DNA of 64,000 bases from Longimicrobiales bacterium (GTDB lineage: Bacteria; Gemmatimonadota; Gemmatimonadetes; Longimicrobiales; Gaopeijiaceae): the NCBI GenBank assembly GCA_963664435.2, contig CAXXKM010000001.1, positions 1,120,001 to 1,184,000 of the forward strand. The letters run 5' to 3'. Below, in pieces: positions 1 to 9,233 of the stretch. The position numbers and the translations under genes are program-made. Numbering within the stretch: the stretch's first letter is position 1; each line of letters starts with the position of its first letter. Below the pieces are notes generated by a model. The model was not told the DNA's origin and searched no databases. It was given only the letters and a program-made list of their open reading frames with translations.

Positions 1-468
1 GGGCTGCAGGTGCTCTTCAACCAGGACAACGGCACCGGGCGGGTGGTGAACATCTCCGCGCAGGGGTTCACGGGGGTCGGCGCCTCGCTCGCGCAGTGGC
101 TGACGCGGGTGCCGGTCGAGGTCTCGGGCCACGTCAGCCTGAGGCTTCCGGGCAACCCTGGAGGCGGCGGTTCGGACTACGCTTCGTTCGTCTGCCACGG
201 CGCGCCCGGCATCAACCTGAGCGCGCTCTCATGGGACTACGGGTCGCACACCTGGCACACCCACCGCGACACCTTCGACAAGCTCGTCTTCGACGACCTC
301 AGGAACAACGCGGTGCTGGCCGCCTCGTTGGTCTACCTGGCTTCGGAGGATGATCAGCGCGTGAGCCGCGAACGGCGCGAGCTGATCATGGGGCTCGGCG
401 GAACCGGCGGGCGCTGGCCGGTATGCACGCCGGCGGTGCGGAGCTCGAGGGACAGCCAGAGGATGTAG
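1..468 (+). CDS. M28-family metallopeptidase, C-terminal part (runs off window start)
   Basis: NQDNG, GGSDYASF and WHTHRDTFDK motifs; clearly paralogous to the C-terminus of 29941-31626. Confidence 0.8.
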   Translation, partial: GLQVLFNQDNGTGRVVNISAQGFTGVGASLAQWLTRVPVEVSGHVSLRLPGNPGGGGSDYASFVCHGAPGINLSALSWDYGSHTWHTHRDTFDKLVFDDLRNNAVLAASLVYLASEDDQRVSRERRELIMGLGGTGGRWPVCTPAVRSSRDSQRM

Positions 469-551
469 ATGGCCGGGGGCGCAGACGGCCGGGCCTGGGC
501 TTTCGCCCGCAGGCGGCCAGCCGTCAGCGGGCCGTCAGCCTGCGCAAGCCC

Positions 552-1796
552 TCAGCCGTCCAGGGGCCGATAACCGTCCGCGGGCGGTTTGTCCCCTCCC
601 CCGACCCATCGGTCCACCAGCACCGACGTGGTGATCTGGCCCCACAGGTTGGTGACCGTGCGGAACATGTCCGGGACGCGGTCGATGCCGAGCAGGATGC
701 CCAGCCCGGCGAGCGGCACCCCCGCCACGTCGAGCGCGGGCGCCATGGTGAAGATGCTCGCCGACGGCACCGGCGCGATGGTGAGCGCGACCAGGAAGAC
801 CGCCAGCACTGCCCCGCCGGCCGCGGCGAGCGGGAACGGCACCTCGAACAGGTGGGCCAGGAACACCACCGCGGCCCCCTGGAAGAGCGCGCTGCCGGGC
901 CGGTAGAGCGACGCGCCCAGCGGCAGCACCAGGTCGGCGACGTTCTCCGACACCCCCAGCTTCCCGCTCGCCTCCTGGAGGGACGCCGGGAGGGCGGCCA
1001 CCGTACTGGTGCTCGCGAAGGCGATGGAGGTGGCGCCGAACACCCCGGTCACGAAGCGCCCCGGACTGATGCCGCCCACCCAGCGCAGCAACACCAGGAA
1101 CACCCCGCCGGTGAACAGGACGAGCCCCGTGAGCACGGCCGCGACGAACACCGCCAGGCTCTGCACCAGGTCCCACCCGAGCTGCGCGGTCACCGGGGCG
1201 GCCAGCCCGAATACCCCCACCGGCGCGCACCAGAGCACCCACCAGACCAGCTTGACCAGCGTCGCCGAGACCGCCTCGGCGAAGGCCATCAGCTGCGCCT
1301 TGTGCTTCCCGCCGAGCGCGGCTGCGGCCGCCCCGAAGAGCGCGGTGAACACGATCAGCGGGAGCAGGCTCCCCGCCGAGGCCGCCGCGAAGGGGTTGGG
1401 CGGCACCAGGGTCACCAGGAAGTCGACGATGCCGGGGATCTCGGGGGCGGCCTGCTCGCCGGCGACAGGCATGGCCACCTCCGGCGCAAAGCGCAGGAAG
1501 AATCCCATCGTCGCCATCCCGAGCACGATCGCCGGCGGGGTGGTGATCCAGTAGAAGCCGAGGGTGGTGCCGCCCAGCCGCCCCAGCTTCCGCAGATCGC
1601 CGAGGCGGGCCACCCCGATGAAGATCACCGCCATCACCAGCGGGATCACCACCATGCGGATGGCGTTCATGAAGACGGTGCCGATCGGCGCGGAGGCGAG
1701 CGCGACCGCCATGAGCGCGTCCGAACCGGTGGCCGCGGCGAGCAGCCCGACCGCGAAGCCCAGCACGAGCCCCACAGCGATGAGGATGTGCAGCAT
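552..1796 (-). CDS. Dicarboxylate/amino acid:cation symporter (GltP/DAACS family)
   Basis: Hydrophobic; AFASTSTVAALP, LPLGASL and DRVPDMFRTVTN motifs; start placed at MLHILIAVG. Confidence 0.9.
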   Translation of the reverse strand: MLHILIAVGLVLGFAVGLLAAATGSDALMAVALASAPIGTVFMNAIRMVVIPLVMAVIFIGVARLGDLRKLGRLGGTTLGFYWITTPPAIVLGMATMGFFLRFAPEVAMPVAGEQAAPEIPGIVDFLVTLVPPNPFAAASAGSLLPLIVFTALFGAAAAALGGKHKAQLMAFAEAVSATLVKLVWWVLWCAPVGVFGLAAPVTAQLGWDLVQSLAVFVAAVLTGLVLFTGGVFLVLLRWVGGISPGRFVTGVFGATSIAFASTSTVAALPASLQEASGKLGVSENVADLVLPLGASLYRPGSALFQGAAVVFLAHLFEVPFPLAAAGGAVLAVFLVALTIAPVPSASIFTMAPALDVAGVPLAGLGILLGIDRVPDMFRTVTNLWGQITTSVLVDRWVGGGDKPPADGYRPLDG

Positions 1797-2002
1797 GGGA
1801 TTCCTCCGGGCTGGAGCTCGGGGCCGGCGGCTGGAATGCGCCGGCGGGGCTGCACCGATGCTACGCCGCCGCCTTCCCGCCCGGCAACCCTGTGCCCCAG
1901 CCAGGTGCCGCGTCATCCACTGCGGGCCCGCACGGCGCTGCCTCCCGTTTTCCCGCGCCGTAGCCGGTTTATCTTCCTCCACCCCCAACCCGGAGCCCGT
2001 CC

Positions 2003-2413
2003 GTGAACGACCCGTATTTCCTCGCGATCGCCGTCCTGGGCGGCCTTCTCGCCCTCGCCGCCCTCGTCCTCGCCATCGTGCTGCGGCGCTACACCCGACT
2101 GCGTCTGGAGCTGCCGGGCATGCTGCGGGAGGCCCGCCAGGACGCGGTGACGCGCAGCACGGCGGTCACGCGCGGCCAGGCGTTCGAGCACCTGGCGCCC
2201 TTCCTGGACGACTTCGGCTACCATCCCCGGGACGCCCGCTTTCTGGGGAGCCCCATCGATCTTGTCGTATTCGACGGCCTCGGCGAGACGGATGTGCGCG
2301 AGATCGTCTTTGTGGAGGTCAAGACAGGCCGGTCCCGCCTGAGCGCCCGTGAGCGGGCGGTGCGGCAAGCCGTGCTCGAACGGCGGGTGACGTGGCGGGA
2401 GCTGCGGGCCTGA
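2003..2413 (+). CDS. Membrane-anchored Holliday-junction-resolvase-like PD-(D/E)xK endonuclease (Endonuc_Holl-like)
   Basis: N-terminal TM helix; GQAFEHLAPF, RFLGSPIDLVVFDG, FVEVKTG. Confidence 0.75.
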   Translation: MNDPYFLAIAVLGGLLALAALVLAIVLRRYTRLRLELPGMLREARQDAVTRSTAVTRGQAFEHLAPFLDDFGYHPRDARFLGSPIDLVVFDGLGETDVREIVFVEVKTGRSRLSARERAVRQAVLERRVTWRELRA

Positions 2414-2576
2414 CCGCGTCGGCGCCGACGGAACAGCCCGTGCGTCAGGGTCTGGCACTCGGGCCTGTATCCCTGCTTCAGGGTGAAGCGCGATCCGCGC
2501 GATCCGCGCAGCCGGAACCGGCTCCAGGGATCGGGCTGGAGTGTGTCCGAGGGGCTGTCGGGGCTAAAATGGTCGC

Positions 2577-4355
2577 ATGACATACGAAATCGTGTTCGTG
2601 CTGCTGGTTGCGGGGGCGGCCCTGGTGCTCTTCGCAATGGACCGCATCCGGCTCGACCAGCTCTCCATGTCGGTTCCCGTGGTGCTGCTGCTGGGCGGCA
2701 TCATCGGTCCGCGCGAGGCGCTCTCCGGCCTCTCCAGCGAGGCGACGGTCACCGTGGCGGCGATGCTGGTGCTGGGGCTCGGGCTGCGCAAGACGGGCCT
2801 GGTGGCGGCGATCGGCATCTGGGCGCGCACGGCGCCGCTCGGCGGCAAGACCCTGCGCATGCTCATCCTCTGCCTGCTGGTGGCCTTTCTGTCGCCGTTC
2901 CTGAACAACACGGCGGTGGTGATCGTGTTCATCCCCGTGTTCGCGGCGCTTGCCGACCAGGCCGACGAGCCGGTCTCGCTGTACCTGATGCCGCTCTCGT
3001 TCGTGGCCATCATGGGCGGGACGGTAACCCTGATCGGGACCGCCACGAACCTGGTCGTGCACGGGGAGGCGGTCGCGCGCGGGTACGACGAGGTGACCAT
3101 GTTCTCCATCGCCCCGGTGGGGCTGATCTGCCTGGCGGTGGGCATGCTCTACCTCTTCACCATCGGCCGCCGCTTCATCCCTCGCCGGAAGCGCCCCCCG
3201 GACCTGTCCAGCCGCTACGGCGTGCGCCGGTTCACGACAGAGCTGAGGGTGGTGCAGGGCTCGCCCGCAGCCGGAAGATCGCTCGCCGATTTGCGCTGGG
3301 GAGAGCGTTTCGACGTCATGGTCGTGGGGATCGAGCGGGATGGACGAACCATCTCCCTCCCCGCCGGCGAGCGCGTCCTGGAGGCCGGGGACCGGCTCTA
3401 CGCGCAGGGCGCGGCGGACAACCTGCTGCGTCTCGCGCAGGCGCAGAAACTAGACACCCCCGAGGGCAAGGCGCCCCGGGAAGCGAGCGAGAAGGTCGTC
3501 GGGGGACGCATGGTGGAGGTCATCATGGGGCCTGGTTCGGCGCTGGTGGGGCGGACGCTCAAGGACCTCTCCTTCGCCCAGCGCTACGACGTAACCGTGC
3601 TCGGAGTCCAGAGCCACGGCGCTGCCGTCACCGACCGGATCGCGCAGATGGAGTTCTCCGTGGGCGACATCCTGCTGGTGCGCGGGGAGGCGAGCGCTCT
3701 GGACCGGCTGGCCGACGAGCCGGGCTTCATCCCGATGGCTGAGGTGGACCACCCGGTGGGCAGCAGGCCGCGCGCCGCCTTCGCGGCCGCCATCATGGCC
3801 GGGGTGGTGCTGGTCGCGAGCGTCGGCCTATTCCCCATCTCCACCGCGGCGATGGCGGGGGTGGCGTTCATGGTGTTCACCGGGTGCGTGCGCGTAAACG
3901 AGATCTACGCGGAACTCGACTGGCTGGTGGTGTTCGTGATGGCCGGGCTCATCCCGCTGGGACTGGCGATGGAGTCGACAGGCGCGGCCGGCTGGATCGC
4001 CTCGGGGGTGGTGGGCGCGACCTCCGGGCTCGGCGAGACGGGGATGATCGGGGCGTTCTACCTGCTGACTGCCGTCATGACCGCGGTGGTGGCCAACACC
4101 GCCACGGCCGTGATGCTCACCCCGGTGGCCATCCTCGTGGCCCAGGACGCCGGACTGAACCCCTACGCCCTGCTGGTGACGGTCATGTTCGGGGCGTCGG
4201 CCTCCTTCGTGACCCCGTTCGGCTACAAGACCAACGTGATGATCTACTCGCCGGGCGGATACCGCTTCATGGACTTCGTGAAGGTGGGCGGGCCGCTCAA
4301 CCTGCTCCTGGCCATCGTGGCCTCGATCTGCATCCCGTTTTTCTGGCCCAGTTGA
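2577..4355 (+). CDS. SLC13/CitMHS-type permease with two TrkA-C domains
   Basis: FLNNTAVV, GGTVTLIGTATN, TPFGYKTN motifs; central soluble TrkA-C repeats. Confidence 0.88.
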   Translation: MTYEIVFVLLVAGAALVLFAMDRIRLDQLSMSVPVVLLLGGIIGPREALSGLSSEATVTVAAMLVLGLGLRKTGLVAAIGIWARTAPLGGKTLRMLILCLLVAFLSPFLNNTAVVIVFIPVFAALADQADEPVSLYLMPLSFVAIMGGTVTLIGTATNLVVHGEAVARGYDEVTMFSIAPVGLICLAVGMLYLFTIGRRFIPRRKRPPDLSSRYGVRRFTTELRVVQGSPAAGRSLADLRWGERFDVMVVGIERDGRTISLPAGERVLEAGDRLYAQGAADNLLRLAQAQKLDTPEGKAPREASEKVVGGRMVEVIMGPGSALVGRTLKDLSFAQRYDVTVLGVQSHGAAVTDRIAQMEFSVGDILLVRGEASALDRLADEPGFIPMAEVDHPVGSRPRAAFAAAIMAGVVLVASVGLFPISTAAMAGVAFMVFTGCVRVNEIYAELDWLVVFVMAGLIPLGLAMESTGAAGWIASGVVGATSGLGETGMIGAFYLLTAVMTAVVANTATAVMLTPVAILVAQDAGLNPYALLVTVMFGASASFVTPFGYKTNVMIYSPGGYRFMDFVKVGGPLNLLLAIVASICIPFFWPS

Positions 4356-4561
4356 GTCGGGGCGGGATCACCGGCGCGGCACCCCGCACCCACCCGCAGG
4401 CAATCCAGATCGCCCATTCCGCGGCCGGCTGCGTGTAGCGATCCGGGCAACCTCCTCGCCACGGAGAGAATCACATCGCACAGAAGGCGTAAGGCGCTCG
4501 GTTCGGTTCCGGGCCTCGTGCGCGCATTGTTTTCGAGCACGAGCAAGACGAGGCGCTTCCA

Positions 4562-5446
4562 TTGACATCGGATCGCGCGGGCGTCGATATCCGGCGCAGG
4601 GACAGCCGCCGGGTGATCGTGGTCTCCATGGCCACGTCGATCGCGATCCATGCGTTCGTGTTTTCCCTGGGCATCGGCTCATCCGCCGCAACCAGCCCAC
4701 GTGCAGGGGCTACCCCCGACTTCGCGGGCTCCCGCACGTCACGAGGCGCCCCGTCGGGCATCCGGATCACCAGAATCGTCGGTCGCGAACCGGCCGTGCA
4801 GTCCGAATCGGAGACGGCCATACAGCTTGAATTGCCCGAAACTGCGACCGGGGCTGTGGCCGAGCTGATCGAACCCGAGTCGGAGGACATGCAAGCATCG
4901 GCGCCGGATGATCCGCCGCCCGCACCCGACCCCGCGCCGGAAGATCTGTCGCCCACACACCAACCCGGGGTGCCTGGAGTCGCCGGGAACAGACCAGCCG
5001 CTCGGCTGAGGCCACGCTTCACCAATCCGGCGCTCTGGCGGCGAATCCAGAATGTCGCTGATCCGGCGGTCAACAGCGGCGTACGCGTGCGCGACCGCGT
5101 CGACGACGGCGCATCGCGATACATGCCGTCCGACGCCTGGGCGTTCAATACGTGGACGAGACGCGACGCGACCGGACGGCTCTGGGGCGCCGCCCCGGGC
5201 GTGATCTACCTCAGCGGGTTCAGCATAAGCACCTGTGGTGGACGCTTCGACGCCTCGAACTGCGGGTTCGGCGTACCTGGCTGGCGGCGAAGAGAATACC
5301 AGCGCTTCCTTCAAGCCGTAACGGAGATCGAGGAACAACAACGATGGGGGCGTATCATGGAACGCGGCCGGGCAATCACTGAACGGCGGGGCGCGGAACG
5401 CCATCCGAAAACCGACTCTATCCCCGAAATGCTCGATGGGGATTGA
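4562..5446 (+). CDS. Hypothetical membrane-anchored protein with Pro/Glu-rich linker (start uncertain)
   Basis: 294-aa ORF; SIAIHAFVF TM segment, low-complexity linker, Cys-containing C-terminal domain. Confidence 0.5.
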   Translation: MTSDRAGVDIRRRDSRRVIVVSMATSIAIHAFVFSLGIGSSAATSPRAGATPDFAGSRTSRGAPSGIRITRIVGREPAVQSESETAIQLELPETATGAVAELIEPESEDMQASAPDDPPPAPDPAPEDLSPTHQPGVPGVAGNRPAARLRPRFTNPALWRRIQNVADPAVNSGVRVRDRVDDGASRYMPSDAWAFNTWTRRDATGRLWGAAPGVIYLSGFSISTCGGRFDASNCGFGVPGWRRREYQRFLQAVTEIEEQQRWGRIMERGRAITERRGAERHPKTDSIPEMLDGD

Positions 5447-5627
5447 AACGGGGTGCCCGGACTTCCACTTCGACTCGATTCCGTAGATCTGCGGGCCGGC
5501 GCCGTCCGCCACCTCCTCCTTGGCACGTTCGGAGCTGGCGGCCGAGCGATCGAGGCGTTGCGCGTGGAGCTGAACGAGGCGTTGGCGCAGGTGGAAGCGC
5601 CGGAACAGGGCCGGGGAACGAGGCTGG

Positions 5628-6878
5628 CTACGGCCCCAGCGCCCCGATCGGAATCACGCTCACGCCATCCTCCCGCGTGTAGCCGTAGCCGCCGCTCACG
5701 ATCACGCCGAGCGCCATCGGCTCTCCCATGCTCACCGGGTCCACCCGTTCCGCCAGTCGCAGCAGGTTGGTGGCGCCGGCGTCCGCCCGGCCCTCGCCAA
5801 GCTTGACCTCGAAGGCCGCCCAACGACCGTCGTTGGCCTGAACGATCGCGTCCACCTCCAGGCCTCCCTTCTCGCGGTAATGAAACACCTCGGCGTCGGC
5901 GGCCTGGGCATAGACCCTCAGATCCCGTACAACCATCGACTCGAAGAGAAACCCGAGGAAGTCGAGGTCGCGGAGCAGCCGCGCGGGCGTTGCGCGGACG
6001 GCGGCCACGGCGAGAGACGGATCTGCAAGGTGCCGGATCGGCTTGCTCCTCAGCACCGATCTCGATCTCAGATGCGTGGGCCATGCCGGCTGGTTCTCCA
6101 CGATCATGATGCGCTCCAGCGCCCGAAGATAGTCGGCCGCCGTGTGCTCCCTTATGGCGGATACGCCTTCGCCGGTGCCCGATGCGAGGGTCGCGGTCGC
6201 CACGTGCGTCGCGACGTTCCGCGCCAGGGACCGCAGGAGCATGCCCACCCGCACAGGGTCTCGCTTTCTGCCGTCGCCATTGGCGATGTCCAGGCGCCGG
6301 ATCTCGTCGAGGTGATCCCTGTTGGCGCGGAGCGCCGTTTGCGTGCTGCGCCCAAGGTTGACGGGCCACCCACCCACGCAGATCAGCTCCGCCAGGTCAT
6401 CGAGGAGGATCACCGATCTGCCTGCCCTGGCGGGCGTCCCCTCCAGGAGAGCGGCCAGCGAGACTTCGCCGGACGAATGACCCAGCTCGAACAGTGAGAG
6501 CGGGCGCATGCGGAGACGCGTCAGCCGTCCGGCGCCGGTATGTCGGGTGGCGTCGTCGGCCGGCACCGCCGACCCGGTAAGGATGAACTGACCCGGCTGG
6601 CGCCGATCGTCCACCGCCCTGCGCATGTGATTCCAGATCGCCGGCTCCAGCTGCCATTCGTCGATCAACCGCGGAACATTGCCGACCAGCACGCGGGCTG
6701 GTTCGAGGCTGGCCAGGCGTCGCGCCACATCGTCCACGTCGAGCCGCACTTCGCTGACGGCGATCTGCTGTGCCGTGGTGGTCTTGCCGCAAGCCCTCGG
6801 GCCCTCGATCACGACTGCGCCGGTGGCCTGCAGGCGCTCGGCCAGTTCGCGGTCGACGATTCTGGGCTGGTAGGTCAT
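5628..6878 (-). CDS. AAA+ ATPase with DUF4143 domain (AAA_14 + PD-(D/E)xK-like C-terminus)
   Basis: Walker A GPRACGKT, LIDEWQ, FILTGS, GGWP, EVDAIV...FEVK. Confidence 0.9.
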   Translation of the reverse strand: MTYQPRIVDRELAERLQATGAVVIEGPRACGKTTTAQQIAVSEVRLDVDDVARRLASLEPARVLVGNVPRLIDEWQLEPAIWNHMRRAVDDRRQPGQFILTGSAVPADDATRHTGAGRLTRLRMRPLSLFELGHSSGEVSLAALLEGTPARAGRSVILLDDLAELICVGGWPVNLGRSTQTALRANRDHLDEIRRLDIANGDGRKRDPVRVGMLLRSLARNVATHVATATLASGTGEGVSAIREHTAADYLRALERIMIVENQPAWPTHLRSRSVLRSKPIRHLADPSLAVAAVRATPARLLRDLDFLGFLFESMVVRDLRVYAQAADAEVFHYREKGGLEVDAIVQANDGRWAAFEVKLGEGRADAGATNLLRLAERVDPVSMGEPMALGVIVSGGYGYTREDGVSVIPIGALGP

Positions 6879-6952
6879 GTGGATACCGTCATGGGTCTGG
6901 TGGGGCGCAGCCGCAGGAGGATGGTAACCATCGGCAGGGCTTGGGGAAAGAG

Positions 6953-7090
6953 ATCAGCGTCAGATTCGGCAGCATATCAGCGTCAGATCTGGCACATTAT
7001 GAATGACAGAACCGGCGCTCCTTTACCGACAGCAATAATACATTTTCAGCGTCAGATTTAGCATTGTATCGGCGTCAGGAACGGCGCAGG
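6953..7090. repeat. Six phased 23-bp tandem repeats (core TCAGCGTCAGA) upstream of the DUF4143 ATPase
   Basis: Core starts at 6954, 6977, 7046, 7069; degenerate in-phase copies at 7000 and 7023. Confidence 0.8.
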
Positions 7091-7148
7091 CCGGGCACCG
7101 AGTTTCAGCTGAAACTCACTTGGGCTCTTCGATCCCGGGGCCGTCCGG

Positions 7149-7736
7149 TCAGGAACGCTCTCTCGGCGCCAGGCTGAAGGGCTCGCGCGCGAACACCCGG
7201 CGCACCATCGGCTCGAAAAACTCCAGGGGCAGCGACTCGTAGTCCGGATCGAACGCGCACTGGTCCCAGCGGTGACAGAAGTCCACGGCGTCCTGATACC
7301 AGGGATGGTCGCGGTACTTGTCGCGCGCGTTGCGGTCGCCGCCGACGTGGTGGGCGTAGTAGTAGTACTGGAACAGGCCGTGGTGTTTGACCATCCAGTA
7401 CGTTCGCTCGGTCACGTAGGGGCGCAGCAGCAGCGCGGACAGCTCGCCGTGGCTGTGCGGGGCCAGCAGGTCGTCGATATCGTGCAGGAGCGCCGCCACC
7501 ACCATCTCCTCTTCCGCGCCGTCCCGATGGGCGCGGGTCGCGGTCTGCAGCGAATGCTCCAGCCGGTCGACCTGGTAGCCGGAGAGCGAACCCGACAGCT
7601 CGCGGAGATGCGCCAGCACGCGGTCGGCGGTGCCGGCGGCGAATTCTTCCTCGAGATGATCGAGCAGTTCGTAGTCTTCGCGGGTGCCGTCCGCCATGGC
7701 GGTGAAGCTCACCACGGGGCCGCCGGGCTTTGCCAT
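7149..7736 (-). CDS. HD-domain protein, PhnZ/TmpB-like putative di-iron oxygenase or phosphohydrolase
   Basis: LEHSLQTA, ALLHDID, H-x-H, VKHH, WDQCAFD motifs. Confidence 0.75.
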   Translation of the reverse strand: MAKPGGPVVSFTAMADGTREDYELLDHLEEEFAAGTADRVLAHLRELSGSLSGYQVDRLEHSLQTATRAHRDGAEEEMVVAALLHDIDDLLAPHSHGELSALLLRPYVTERTYWMVKHHGLFQYYYYAHHVGGDRNARDKYRDHPWYQDAVDFCHRWDQCAFDPDYESLPLEFFEPMVRRVFAREPFSLAPRERS

Positions 7737-8053
7737 ATCGTTCCTGCTCGTGACGTCGTCCATGCCTGTCGCGCTCGCAAATGAGGGCTCCTCGCCCCGC
7801 CGCGGATTCGGGCGCCGGGCCGGACGCTCCGGGCGGGATCGGTGCTTGACTCGCGCAGCATCGGCGCACTCTGATACTCGGGAGTGTCCGCGTGCGCTTC
7901 GGCCCGACTTCACCGCTCGGGGGGTGATCGAGGCCACTTCCCGATAAGCTGGTTGTGGTTCAACCGCAAGGGGCGGAGCGGACTGCCGGCAGGCCCGGAG
8001 CCACCGCAACAGCGCATGCCCCGGGCCGGCTACGACGGATGGAGGAAGTCGAC

Positions 8054-9169
8054 ATGCATGACTCGATCAGCAGCCTCACGCAGAACGGCGATGCCCTGTC
8101 CGCAGTCTGGGCCGGTGGCGAACGGACCGATCTTCCCTACCTCTGGCTGCGCGACAATTGCGGGTGCGGCGAGTGCCGCGTCGTGCAGACGACCGAGAAG
8201 CGATTTCACCTCTTCCGGGTCGAGAAGGACCTGAAACCGCTGCAAGCCACCATCGAACGCGCCGGATCCCGCGACGAAGCGATCTCTCTCGACTGGCCTG
8301 ACGGGCACCGCACCCGCTACCGGTCGAGCGACCTCCGCGACCTCCTGGGCAGGCCCAGCCTTGACCTGCGCTACTGGGACGGCCGCTTCCAGCCGCGGAG
8401 GTTCGACTATCAGCGGTTTCTGGCGAGCGACCGTGCAGCCGCCGAGCTGATCGAGGAGTTCCTGCGGACCGGGGTGTGCGTGCTGGTCGACGCCCCCACC
8501 GAACCGGACTCGTCGGAGCAGCTCGCGACCCGCCTGGGCCCGGTCCGCGAGGTGCTGTTCGAGCGCATCCACAACGTCGTGCTCGACCCGAAGGGATACA
8601 ACATCGCGCACACCGGGCTGGCGGTCGCGCCGCACAACGACTTCACCAGCTACACCTGGCCGCCGAGCGTGCAGGCGCTGCACATGCTGGTGAACGAGTG
8701 CGAAGGCGGCGAGTCCATCGTCGTGGACGGCTTCGGCCTGCTGAACAAGCTACGCAGCGGTCAGCCCGACATGTTCGACGTGCTGTGCCAGGTGCCGGTG
8801 CCGTTCCGCATCTTCAGCGAGCAATACGAGGTCTACGCCGCCAACCCCATGGTCGAACTGGACAGCGCCGGCGAGGTCAGGCTGATGCGCTTCAACACCG
8901 CGCAGATGCAGGCCGTCCCGCTTTCGGAGCCTCGGCTGAGGGACTTCTACGCCGCCTATCACGAGCTGTCCAGCCGCGTCAATGACGCCAGCGCGCAGGT
9001 GACCTTCCGGTTGGAAGGCGGGCAGGTTCTGCTGTGCGCCGGGCATCGCGTGCTGCATGGTCGTACCGTATTGCGTTCGAAGGGGCAGCGGCACCTGCAG
9101 GACGCCTACTTCGAGCACGACAACGTGCGCACCCACCTCAGGTGGCTGCGCCTCAGCGGCCGGATCTGA
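8054..9169 (+). CDS. Gamma-butyrobetaine hydroxylase-like Fe(II)/2-oxoglutarate dioxygenase (TauD family)
   Basis: WLRDNCxCxxC Zn-binding N-domain, HND iron motif, RVLHGR, RHLQDAY; RBS GGAGG at 8041. Confidence 0.85.
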   Translation: MHDSISSLTQNGDALSAVWAGGERTDLPYLWLRDNCGCGECRVVQTTEKRFHLFRVEKDLKPLQATIERAGSRDEAISLDWPDGHRTRYRSSDLRDLLGRPSLDLRYWDGRFQPRRFDYQRFLASDRAAAELIEEFLRTGVCVLVDAPTEPDSSEQLATRLGPVREVLFERIHNVVLDPKGYNIAHTGLAVAPHNDFTSYTWPPSVQALHMLVNECEGGESIVVDGFGLLNKLRSGQPDMFDVLCQVPVPFRIFSEQYEVYAANPMVELDSAGEVRLMRFNTAQMQAVPLSEPRLRDFYAAYHELSSRVNDASAQVTFRLEGGQVLLCAGHRVLHGRTVLRSKGQRHLQDAYFEHDNVRTHLRWLRLSGRI

Positions 9170-9233
9170 ACCGCAAACCCGCGCCATCGGCCAGGCAGCC
9201 TGCCGGCGGCGGTCAACCAGCCGCAAGGGACGA

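Noticed and set aside
4460..4520. GGAGAGA...GAAGGCGTAA resembling a glycine riboswitch
   Set aside because: The downstream CUCUCAGG element is missing and the adjacent gene is unrelated
5443..5627. Short coding-like stretch (…RAGAVRHLLLGTFGAGGRAIEALRVELNE…)
   Set aside because: May be a gene fragment, but I cannot assign a family or a credible start
6953..7090. Repeat array considered as a CRISPR
   Set aside because: 23-bp period with no unique spacers of adequate length and no cas genes
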